Assembly (NCBI RefSeq): GCF_964204645.1
Contig: NC_134027.1
Span: 27,428,560 to 27,492,559 of the forward strand
DNA length: 64,000 bases
From: Tubulanus polymorphus
Lineage: Eukaryota > Animalia > Nemertea
Direction: 5' to 3'
In this document: one piece after another, positions 49,111 to 61,260 of the stretch
Layout: each line of letters opens with the position of its first letter
How positions within the stretch are numbered: position 1 is the first letter of the stretch
Program-made: the position numbers and the translations under genes
Notes under the pieces: model-generated
What the model saw: the letters and a program-made list of their open reading frames with translations, nothing else
What the model was told of the DNA's origin: nothing
Databases searched by the model: none

Positions 49111-51800
49111 ATGTATATTTTGAATAAGAACGTTGTCTTCGGTTCGGACAAGCTGTGTCTGTTTTTGTATGTGTTTTGCGGTGAGTGCGGCGGGAGAGAA
49201 ATGGATTATACAACAATTCTGAAGTGGTCGACCATCAATCGTATCTAATTCAATAAACGGCGCGCGCAGAAACATCAGAAACATCATTAACATCGAATCT
49301 TATGTTGATGACCTTTTCGTGAATTATGAAAATCGATGTTTTTTTTTTCTCACTGAGATGAACGTTCTGTTCTGATAAGAGATCAATCATAGATGCGGAT
49401 TCTAGGACATGATTCCTGTTCACCGATATCTGTATACCGTTTACTACTGATCGACCGGCAACTGTAACCGACTCGATGAAATCCCACATTTTTCTCTCAT
49501 TTCTTACTGTATCTTTAGCTGACCTGTCCTTAGTTTAATCACATGTTTTGTAACATTTATTACTGTTTCTGTGATCTCTGGAAACTACCAGAGAAATAAA
49601 CTTTGAAATATCATCATTGCTTTCTAGCTACATTCTGAATTCTATTTCACACATTTTTTGATTTATGTTTTTGCCTCGAATGTCGATATGCTTAAATAGA
49701 CCAGGACCAGGCTATGGTTTATAGACCAGTGTCGTCTTAAACCTGTCAGAAATTGAAATTGAATTCATTAATTTCCCTCCGTCACCCTCAACGAATATCA
49801 ATTTTACAGTTAACGATGAAGCTAGATCCAGATTGTGAATAATTATTCAACGCGGATAAAAGATATATGAATGTAATTATGATTCGTTGTGAAATGAATA
49901 TTCAGTATATAGCCGGTGTAGTAAGTAGTTAAAGGTGAATATGAGCTGGTATATTTACACCAACACACGCGCGCTGTGACAGTATGTCGTTATTAGAAGC
50001 TGCTACTTGGTTCAATTGGTTTTAAACCCCTTCTGATGAAACTCAGATCGTCGTGAAAAACAGTTTAATTAGACTCGCTATAATTAACACGCTAGGAATT
50101 CGTGTAGTTTCAAAACACTTGCCCATAAATTTTCAGTAAAACAAATTGAATTTATTCGCTCCTCGATTTGACAAGAGGAGAATTCTCGATGTTGACGAGA
50201 CTATTATACGGGTATTGAGAGTAATTTCACCTGACTGTAGCCTCTTGACTGCTAGCGACTCGTACCCCCTCCCCTCCGGGACCCCAACGCCCCCCTCCTC
50301 CTAGTTGCATCCATGTTGCAGCGACCGATCCAGTCGCGTTGCAATTCGACTTTAAGAATAATTTAAAAAAAATGTTTTTGACTTTTTCTAAATTGAGAAA
50401 TGGTAAATAAGATAATGAAATGCAGTTTATTGAAATCAGATAGAAATGGATTTATTTACTTAGTAAAAATGCTAATCATTTTCTCTTCAATTTTCATCGT
50501 TTATTTCCTTGAAGCTGTAAATTTCATTTGTTGTATGATAAGAATACAGCAATCTAAAGCGAAACGCGCGACGCGCATTTCCATCAATTAAATGTAATTT
50601 GGCAACGACATAAAAAATATCAAAATGAGACAAACAGCGATTCGACGAGGAACGTTTAGCGAGATAGATCCCGTCAATTCATCCAATCGAATTATGCTGA
50701 TTCCGATGAAGAGTTGACAGTAAATTATATGCGAGTTGACGTTTTAATTTGAACGAGTTGAAATTGAAGTAGCGTTTGTGAAATGATACGTGAAACGATC
50801 ATTAATCTGATCTATAGATCCCTGTGTCAGTTCAATTCACTAATTCGATCACAAACAAACTGCTATAAATATCAATTTATCTATCACGCAGATTCTAGGT
50901 CGCTTTCGATAGATAAATCTCAGTTGATATTTTTGGAAGTGATGATTATTATTGCTTTCGTTAACGAAATGATTTCATTTGACTACATTTTTTTGATCAA
51001 ATTGTCGTCAAAAATGTTACAAAGATTCCCCCAGGAACCGCAATTGTCGGTTTATCTTGAACTCTACTGTGGAGATAGTTGTGAATTAATTTTGCGTCTC
51101 AAAAATTACATTATAATATGACAAAGCGATCTTGCAAGATTTCATGTGAAATTTATTTTCGATATAGTTCATAAATATGATGAAATACAGGAGACTCAGA
51201 GAAGTGACTCATGGCGGACTCGGAACAATCTGAGCTCCTGACAGAGTTTCAAATGCACTTATCTTCACCGCTTAAGTTAAATTAACCCACGACACTGTTG
51301 GACTGGTCCCTGAGGATTTGTAACATTTTCGACGATTTAATCTACAAACATTTCCGTTTTATGCAACGAATCTAATTGGGACCGAAGGGTAGAAACAGGA
51401 GGTCCCGAGTTCGAATCCACACATCAATATTCAATCAGGTTTAAGTTTAGGAATTATTTTCATGAACCAATATTAATTTCTGGATGTCTTTTTTTATCTA
51501 GTTCAAGCAGTTTGAAATCATTTGTGGAATTTCGTATTTAAAGAATCCAGGAAGGAAAAAGATAGAGAGACAAGTATAGCGACAATTAGTCAGATAAATT
51601 CAGAGCGAGTCACAACACTGAGATTAGATTTGTCTACAGTACCTATTACTGTATTACTGAATTTCTCGGTGATTCTCTGTGGTCGACTCATGGCTGTTTG
51701 GTGGCTGCCGTCTGGTGGTGATGGTAATTTCTGTCACAATTTGTCTAGTTTCTGAATATATAGTCCACTAGGGTTGTAATCCAGTTTTGAAGTCAAACTC

Positions 51801-51934
51801 CTAGTTGCACAGTCGTGACTTAAGTCCAAAAGTGGTCTTCAATCTTTAAACTGGTCTGAGGTTGTTAGATTGGCTATAGAACTAAGTTGGTCTTAGACTG
51901 GTCTTAAGTCTAAGCCATGACGATGGAACTGGCC
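51801..51934. mobile_element. Family A MITE
   Basis: agttgcacagtcgtgacttaagtccaaaagtggtc ... agccatgacgatggaactggcc. Confidence 0.8.
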
Positions 51935-52429
51935 TGAGCTGAAATCAATATTCATTTTGAACTATGTTAAATTGTGACGCTTGATCTCGATTCGTTTCTG
52001 ATCTAAACTGAACAGATCAAGGATTATGATAAGTAGGAGGTAACTTTCAGAATGTAACTCGATGAGAACTATTTATAGGATCACTGTGTTATGTATCATT
52101 AGTCTACTTTTTAGCCACACATCCTTCCTGTTGTGTTATAAGATCTGATTGGAACTAGTGGGACATGATTAACTAGTGTCATCAGTAATCAGGTTTTAGA
52201 TGAACCAGTTACCTATTAGCCTTTCTTATACCTCTCTTCGTCCTTCGTTTATAAAGATAGAATCTGACGCAGTCGGTTTGTGCAGGACCCAGTTCCGCAG
52301 TTCTAATCTGGAATTCAGAGTTTACTTCAACCCAAAACTGCGAAACTGCGGGCGGGCGGGTATTGGGGGTTGACCTTGTTAGTTTGACGTTTCTATAATG
52401 AAATGGGCACACACTGATATAATGAAAAA

Positions 52430-52756
52430 TAGTTAGGTGTAGGCCAGTTAGTTGTAGGCCAGTTAGTTGTAGGCCAGTTAGTTATAGGCCAGTTAGTTGT
52501 AGGCCAGTTAGTTGAAGGCCAGTGAGGTGTAGGCCAGTTAGTTGTAGGCCAGTTAGTTGTAGGCCAGTTAGTTGTAGGCCAGTGAGGTGTAGGCCAGTTA
52601 GGTGTAGGCCAGTGAGGTGTAGGCCAGTTAGTTGTAGGCCAGTGAGGTGTAGGCTAGTAAGGTGTAGGCCAGTGAGGTGTAGGCCAGTTAGTTGTAGGCC
52701 AGTGAGGTGTAGGTGAGTTAGTTGTAGGCCAGTGAGGTGTAGGTGAGTTAGGTGTA
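52430..52756. repeat. 15-bp minisatellite
   Basis: Unit gtaggccagt(t/g)ag(t/g)t. Confidence 0.95.
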
Positions 52757-53109
52757 TGGTATAATTCAGCGCTATGTAGTAATGATATCGACGTGTTCAA
52801 CATTCGTATTAGACTTAGCAATAATTTCTTTGCAGGAAATTGTCAAATATGTCAAGTAAAGAGATCGAAAGGTCTTTATTATTAATATAAAGATCGGTTG
52901 AGCTGTCACAGAAATCTGCCAGCGATATTTCAATCAATTCGATCGCTTACATACAGAATTTAGTACTCCGCTCCTCCATCGTGCTGCTTTTGGCTCGAAA
53001 CAAGCCCCTCACCTTCGAAAACCTTCGTGAATTACTATAAGGTGATAAACAATTTAAACTCGTTGATTAACCCACGGTTAGAAGAAAAACCTAAGAGATG
53101 TAATGATGA

Positions 53110-53322
53110 GTCCGGACTAAAGGATCGTGCTGCCCGATTAACGGTCCGGACTAAAGGACCGTGCTGCCCGATTAACGGTTCGGACTAAAGGACCGTGCTG
53201 CCCGATTAACGGTCCGGACTGCAGGACCGTGCTGCCCGATTAACGGTCCGGACTAAAGGACCGTGCTGCCCGATTAACGGTCCGGACTGCAGGACCATGC
53301 TGCCTGATTTACGGTCCTGACT
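53110..53322. repeat. 34-bp minisatellite (~6 copies) with an internal hairpin
   Basis: Unit cggtccggactaaaggaccgtgctgcccgattaa; CGGTCC can pair with GGACCG. Confidence 0.93.
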
Positions 53323-53845
53323 ACGTATAAAAATAATGATTCGATATAAAACCCACTTTATAGACATTTAAAAGAGTGAATTATTGAAGACCATTCAGAG
53401 ACTAGTGTCAGAAAATGCATCATTATGAGACAATATATAGCGAATAAAACTTTATGTGAGGAAATAAAACAGTCGCCGAAAAATGCATAATGGCAATACT
53501 GATCTGATGGTAGGCAGTGAACGAGGTTTTCATTCGGAAACGCGGAATCTGAGGTTAGGGACACCTTGAAGAGATACGGAATGCTGATTTATTCTAAACG
53601 TGATGTAAACGGTAGATAACGGTATTCACTCGACGCCCATAACTCAACACAACCTGAATCCCAGCTGTATCACATACACTACACATACAATGACCAACCT
53701 ATTAATATTGTTCCAAGCAATGACATCACTAAACCTATTTCTATGCGTATCATCTCTGAGACTTTCTATGGAAGTTTTTTTCTCCTTGTGTTGCGAAGAT
53801 AATGAAATTAATTTGGCGAGTGAAGGTCGTGGATTGTTAGTGACC

Positions 53846-54580
53846 GTGTGCGAGGTGCGCGCGGTGAGGGGTCGTGGTGTGCGAGGTGCGAGGGGGTCGT
53901 GGTGCGAGGTGCGCGCGGTGAGGGGTCGTGGTGTGCGAGGTGCGAGGGGGTCGTGGTGCGAGGTGCGCGCGATGAGGGGTCGTGGTGTGCGAGGTGCGAG
54001 GGGGTCGTGGTGCGAGGTGCACGTGGTGATGGGTCGTGGTGTGCGAGGTGTGCGCGGTGAGGGGGTCGTGGTGCGAGGTGCGCGTGGTGATGGGTTGTGG
54101 TGTACGAGGTGTGCGCGGTGAGGGGGTCGTGGTGTGCGAGGGGGTCGTGGTGCGAGGTGCGCGTGGTGATGGGTTGTGGTGTGCGAGGTGTGCGCGGTGA
54201 TGGGTTGTGGTGTACGAGGTGTGCGCGGTGAGGGGGTCGTGGTGTGCGAGGGGGTCGTGGTGCGAGGTGCGCGTGGTGATGGGTTGTGGTGTGCGAGGTG
54301 TGCGCGGTGATGGGTCGTGGTGTGCGCAGTGAGGGGGTCGTGGTGCGAGGTGCGCGTGGTGATGGGTTGTGGTGTACGAGGTGTGCGCGGTGAGGGGGTC
54401 GTGGTGTGCGAGGGGGTCGTGGTGCGAGGTGCGCGTGGTGATGGGTTGTGGTGTGCGAGGTGCACGTGGTGATGGGTCGTGGTGTGCGCAGTGAGGAGGT
54501 CGTGGTGTGCGAGGGGGTCGTGGTGCGAGGTGCGCGTGGTGATGGGTCGTGGTGTGCGAGGTGTGCGCGGTGAGGGTTGT
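53846..54580. repeat. GC-rich G/T-biased compound minisatellite
   Basis: Modules gtgcgaggtgcgcg, ggtgaggggtcgtggt and ggtgatgggttgtggt. Confidence 0.95.
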
Positions 54581-54774
54581 CTAATCGAGAATCAGTCGTC
54601 TCATCAGTTTTAGCTGCACCGCGGGAGCCATTTAGATACCATCCGCAAAAAATGGATCGAAAGCTTTTGCACGTATCGCACCAAAAAATATTGTCACCGC
54701 AAAATTGTGGAGAATTCTTAAATTCCGGACGCGCAGTTTTATAAATAATTGATAAACTGTTGGGTGTTGAGTGT

Positions 54775-55125
54775 AGAGGAGAAGGAATCAGAGGAGGAAA
54801 CAAGGAGAGAATGAGAGGTGGAGGAGATTGGGAGTGAGAGGGGAAAGGGGAAGGAGAGAGGAGTGAGAGGGGGAGAGGATAGAGGGGAAAGGGAGATTGA
54901 GAGGGGAGAGAGGGAGTGAGGAGAGAGGAGCAAGGGAGAGGGGAGAGGATATATGGGAGAGAGAGCAGGGAGGGAGAGTGAGAGGAGAGAGGCGTGAGAG
55001 GAAGTGAGAGTGAGGGAGAGCGTAAGGGAGAGAGCGTGAGGAGAGAGGGAGAGGGAGGGAGAGAGGGAGAGAGTGAGGAGAGAGAGAGAGAGGGAGGGCG
55101 AGAGGAGTGAGAGCGAGTGAGAAGT
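54775..55125. repeat. Polypurine (GA-rich) low-complexity tract
   Basis: Almost only G and A on the + strand. Confidence 0.9.
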
Positions 55126-55579
55126 AAGACTTCCTCGTCGTTCTCTCGTTACACGAATCTAGTTTATCGAGTTGGGTTACATTGAAATTCTACTCAACAC
55201 AAATCAGTCGCAGTGGAATCTATTTATAAAATCCAATCCGGCTATTTATTACGTAAATCACATTATGTCGCCGCGTTGAATCGAGAAAAATGTTTTCACA
55301 CGGAAATAGACCCTGTTTTCAAAACAAGTGAAACATTAAAAAAAACCTGATGGAAAAGAATCGTGTTATTGATAAAACTGTGAATTGACGATTCCGAAAA
55401 AAATTATAGACAAATCATGGGGTGAAGCAGGGGGAATATGAGGGGATCATTATATATGTTTTTGTTGTTGCTAAGTTGCTCGAATAGGAAAGAAATATAA
55501 CCTTTAAACAGTTCTAGAGATGATGATTACTAACACTGTATCATTAATCATCATTTCTACATCTCTCAACACACAGCCC

Positions 55580-56180
<601 letters not shown>

Positions 56181-56728
56181 TTTCACGTGAGCACAGTGAC
56201 CGCGCTTGCTCTAAATTCAAATGATTTAGAATGATAGTCTATACGCGGTCGATTGCCCCGGTCATACGACAATCTATATTATACTTCAGATATGCGACAG
56301 AATTCTCTATAGACGTTATGTCTATTTCACGGATATCGCTCTGTTTATGTTTGGCTAACCATGCGACATAAGGAGAATCCTCGGCGGAATCGAGGCTCGG
56401 ACGAGGATTACGTCTACAGTTTGTGACCCTTTCTCTCTCTCGGCGAACGAGTCATGAACTATACCAGTATCTGACTGTATCAGAACTGTATCAGAGACTG
56501 ATCCTTTCATTAACCATTCTTATACTTCGTAAATCGAAGATCTGTTTAACTCGAAATTGATTATAATGTGTCTGTGAGTTGGATGAACATGCAATAGACC
56601 TCGAATGAACTCTGACATTTTTATCTCCAACCATGGATGAAACACTCTGAGTCCGTGTTGTCAAGATGATATAAAATCAACTTGCACACTAAGAATGGAG
56701 TCTGAAATATCTCCTTTAGCAAGTAGTT

Positions 56729-56772
56729 TATTCAACGTTTCGACTATTTTCTAATAGTCATCTCCAGGAATA
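56729..56772 (-). ncRNA. Minimal type I hammerhead ribozyme motif with one core substitution (CUGGAGA)
   Basis: Minus strand reads TATTC CTGGAGA T GACTAT TAGAAA ATAGTC GAAA CGTT GAATA. A second, more decayed copy lies at ~56885-56930. Confidence 0.65.
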
Positions 56773-58594
56773 CTGATGTTGTCCTCAAACACTCTGAGTC
56801 CATACTGTTGATTGTATGAAATCCCAGCACACTAAAAATGATAAAGAAATAGGACCCGAATCGTTTCCTCGAGCTAGTGTAGTTTATTTTACGTTTTGAA
56901 TAACATCCTTAAAGTCATCGTCAGCAATATTTTAGATGATTAGTCATTAATCAGTGTCCAGAGGAGGAAGCATTCATTTATTCATAGTGAAGGATTTTAT
57001 ATCATCTAAAACTTCTTCATTTTCTTATATTATGAATGCGCGATGATCGTGAAACTCGGCAGACTGCTGCAGCGCACGAGTCTGCTGCACCACAGACTGC
57101 TGCAGCGCACGAGTCTGCTGCACGAGTCAGCTGCACGAGCCAGCTGCTGCACTACCGGTAGTTTACTGCAGCACCAGTCTGTAGCACCAGTCTGCTGCAC
57201 TAGTCAGCTGCACCAGTGAGACTACCGTTTTTACAGACATCAATCGTCACGATTTAAATGAAATAATGACTTTTTCTATCGTTTTGCCGTCGGGTAATTT
57301 GTTGCACAATTCCCATGAGTTTTCACAATACGTGTGTAGATTCTATGAAGTGTTTTTAAAGTCGCCACGTTCGTTCGGAACGCGACACTCATTCCGATGA
57401 ACCGTATTTTTGCAATCGAGTTAAAGACCGTTTGAAATAACGAATTCCTCGCGTCAATGCTCGCTATATTAATACGACCCAACTGTGGCGTGCTTCATTA
57501 CAGCTTCAATTCTCCCTACAGAATCCGGTGATCGACCGATTCACACGGTTTTAGTATTACCAAAGTGGTCAAACTCCATCTAAGGACCGGTAAAATGTGC
57601 TAGAAAATGTATCACTAATAGTTTTTAGAAAATGGAAAACATTACGGGACAAAGGTCACCAAACAAAATGGCGGCTGTAAAATGGTTTATTTATTCTAAA
57701 TGCATCAACAGAGAAACAATAATGTTTACTGTTACTCTGTAGATGTAGATTATATAACCTACCCGACAATCAAACAGCACCAGACTCCACAGATTCCTCT
57801 CCTGGTCCGCATCAACGAATTCTGGTCTTTGATGATATCTAAGAGAACTAATTAATGAATTTAGAAATAACTCCAGGGACTTGAGATTGTTTAAAAAATA
57901 TCAAAAGAGTGTAAATTGCTTCCTGGTAGAAAACGTTGTTTGATAATTGCCAATCTTAGAGAGCGATGCATTCAACAAAAATCACACACAGGATTTATTA
58001 ATTCTGTTATAGGATGAATTCATGATCAGAGTCGTTCAGCATGAATCAGGATATTAAAACCATGTTTCGGTTGCTACCCTCTATTGACAGCAACAACCGA
58101 AATGTCGTGATGTCAAACTTCTAAATTTCAATTATGGAATTCCACTTTATCGTACATGGTTGATAAGTGTTTTCAGAACCTGTTCAACTGCGTTTAATCG
58201 TTGATTTCATAAAAAGAACGCGCGGTTTTTAACAGGTGAATTCTGGTTACACGTTCACTACAAGGAACAGCACTCATCATTACACTATACACCTGCAGCG
58301 GGTTCGGGGGCGAGAACCGTTTCCCCTCTCTCTCTCATCTCCCCTCTTTCTTCTCTCTCCACTCCCATCTCTCCTCTCTCTCTCTCTCCTCTTCCCTCTC
58401 TCTCCTCTCTCATCTCTTCTCTCTCCTCTCTCCTCTCTCATTTTAAAATCTGCCTTAATATTTGCAAAATTGGAAATTTCAATGACTTAACACTTAATCT
58501 ATAAGTCTACATGCATCTTCTCGCATAGTAGATATCTAATTTGACCTTATTATTCAATACTTAATCAACTTACAATTCCTGATCGGCCACACGT

Positions 58595-58975
58595 GTTTCA
58601 CCTGAGACAATTTTTATTGAAAATGAACTACAAACACCAGATATTAGACATTTTATCAGCCCACTTTCAAAAACTGATCATCCACACTTCACATGTGTTC
58701 AGTGCTTCACCTGAGACATTTTTTTGATGATAAAAAAAAGAACTACAAACACCAGACATTAGACATTTTATCAGCACTATTCAGAAACTGATAGTCCACA
58801 CTTCACATTGTGTTCAGTTCTTCACCTGAGATATTCTTAATTGAAAATGAACTGCAAACACCAGACATTAGACATTTTATCAGCACATTTTCAAAAGCTG
58901 ATGGTCTACATTTCATATGTGTTCAGGACTTCAATAAACTTCAAACACCTGATATTACACATTTTATCAGTACAC
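58595..58975. repeat. ~110-bp tandem repeat, 3+ copies
   Basis: cacctgagac...gaactacaaacaccagacattagacattttatcagc...cacttcacatgtgttcag. Confidence 0.85.
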
Positions 58976-60677
58976 TTTAAGATGATAACTTTTAAGCACA
59001 TTTTTGAGTGATATAGTGTGAGTATAAGAGGGCTGCTGACTGGGGGTTGGGGGTCGGGGGTGCTGGGGGTGTTGGGGGTTGGGATGAATCAGCGCTCATT
59101 TGATTCAGTGTTCATCAATCACACTTTACAGTAGCCCATTCACAGATCAGTTTGAGCGCACATTCTGTGTAAGATCCGACAAATGAAAGGATTACGATTT
59201 ATCATTATCTGACCCTTCAAATTCGAGTATTAGGAGATTTGCTAGTGAAGTTATGGCGGGCAGAGTGTGGAGGATAGAGGGGTGATGTAAAAACATGTTC
59301 ATCTGAGATACTGTTCAGATAATACTGATGATTGTATAATTGATTAGCTAGTTTCGCTTGTTTACCACATTATTCACATCTTGCACGAGTTAGACATTAC
59401 AACATTGAGCGGTCAACATTAGTACTATAACTGAATGATTAATGACGAGACGAGATCGACCGTCTTATTTTTGTATCTTCCAACACCACAAAACTCATCA
59501 TCACCATCATCTTCATCATCATCTTCATCATCATCAGACCGGTGTGTTGGTTCCAGCCCGTGGTCTACTATACTAGCTCATCGGGTGAGCGGCGCGTTTC
59601 ATCAGCCCGCGCCGTCAAAAACACGTTTTACCAACAACGAACGTTTTTCAATGATTGATTTACTTTTAAGCGCCAACCAAAAAAAGCGACTCCGTCGAAC
59701 TGGATACAGCGAGTGTATGAGAGCTGATAGATGATGGAATTAGATCGAATGTATGAAGAGATTAAATAGGGATATTTTTAAGGTTTCCGATGAAACTTGA
59801 AGAGAGGGCGGAGAGAGAGATGAGGAGGCAGAGACGACACACTCCAGTAACAGAAATCTGATTAAAACATCGTTGATTTCGCTTGTAACATTAATTCTCT
59901 TTATTTGTGTGAGTTTGAGTTTGATGTTCAGTGACAGGTCATTAATAACTGCTTTCATTCTCATCCGCTATGTCTACATACCCGATCTATACTCAGCCAA
60001 TCTACTACTGCCAATCGAGTGCCATATAATGTTATAACAAATTCAGTTGAAGGATCAGCCACAATATGAAGAATTTGAAATTTCGACTCAATACTTTGAG
60101 AACCATTTTAAAAATGTTTCAGTTTTGAAAATGGCTCATAGAATTAAATCCTAACGTCACTACTGTCTTAGTTTTGAAAATGGCTTACGGATTTGAGACT
60201 AAACGTTGCTACTCTCTTAGTTTTTTTTCTCCAATTGAATTAGATAGTCATTCGTAATGATGTTCCCAGAAATGATGGAATTTAATCATCCCATGTTTAT
60301 ATGAACCAGGCAGTAAAACATACTTAGATTTATATGTTTAACGTTGCTAAATGTGTGACTTGTAAGGAACCAAATACTAATAGTTAGATGAGAAACCCTA
60401 GCTTGAACCAGAAAGATGTGTGGACCACCTTTTTGTTTGGAAACAGCCCAATCGGTTGACGGAACCCTATATTCTACACACTTTTCTAGAATATTGAATT
60501 TCGAATTTGTGGTAACAACTATAACCAATGTAAGGATATCATTTAACACTAATGTGCATCAATGAGCTGCCATTGATCCTCTAAACCGCAGAGGTACCGC
60601 GGACACCAGTGTCTGACTATAATCGATGTGTCGAGTAGGTCTTATTCGTAATCAGGACCTGAAGTACAACACTATAG

Positions 60678-61260
60678 TATTCCTGAAGATGACTATTATC
60701 CTCGAAATGTGGGCTTTATATGAAATCGTTACCACACGAACCCAGATGTTTCATCAGTATTTACAATGACGACAACATCAGTATTCCTGAAGATTAGGAT
60801 ATAGTCGAAACGTTGATTAAACTACTCGCTCAAGGAATACAGTATTCCTGAAGATGACTATTAGGATAAAGTCGAAACGTTGAATAAACTACACTAGCTC
60901 GAGGAAACATTTCGGGCTCTTTATTCTTTGTGTGCGGTGTGATTTTACATTATCTTTACAACACGGACTCAAGAGTGTTTCATCAATGGTTATAACGAGG
61001 GCAACATCAGTATCTGAAGATGACTATTATGATATAGTCGAAACGTCACATAAACTACACTAAATCGAGCAGACATTTCTGGCTTTATATTTCATTTCTT
61101 ATTGTCGAGAATACTGTTTAAGATAGCTGTTTAAGTTGAAACGTTGAATAAACTACTATCTCAAGAAGGAAACATTGACTGTTACTATTCTCAGAGAGCG
61201 GGATTATCCATGTTACAACTCAACACGGACTCCACAGAGTGTCTCATCAATGGTTTAACT
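60678..61260 (+). mobile_element. Tandem cluster of the hammerhead-bearing ~170-bp repeat (Penelope pLTR / non-LTR retrozyme-like)
   Basis: HHR-like motifs at ~60678, 60782, 60843 and 61011, plus a partial one at ~61138, joined by a shared spacer (aactacactagctc..acatttc..caacacggactc..gtgtttcatcaatggtt). Confidence 0.75.
60843..60886 (+). ncRNA. Minimal type I hammerhead ribozyme motif, best-preserved copy
   Basis: Stem I TATTC/GAATA, core CUGAAGA, stem II GACT..AGTC, GAAA, palindromic ACGT stem III, cleavage triplet GUU. Confidence 0.75.

Noticed and set aside
50025-50070. CTGATGA...GAAA hammerhead-like motif
   Set aside because: No convincing stem II or stem I pairing.
51380-51425. GGTCCCGAGTTCGAATCC as a tRNA gene
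   Set aside because: Isolated B-box/T-arm only; at most a SINE fragment.
53100-53160. TGATGAGTCC...GGA(T/C)C resembling a hammerhead core and stem II
   Set aside because: It lacks the C of CUGA and the GAAA box; it is the edge of the 34-bp minisatellite.
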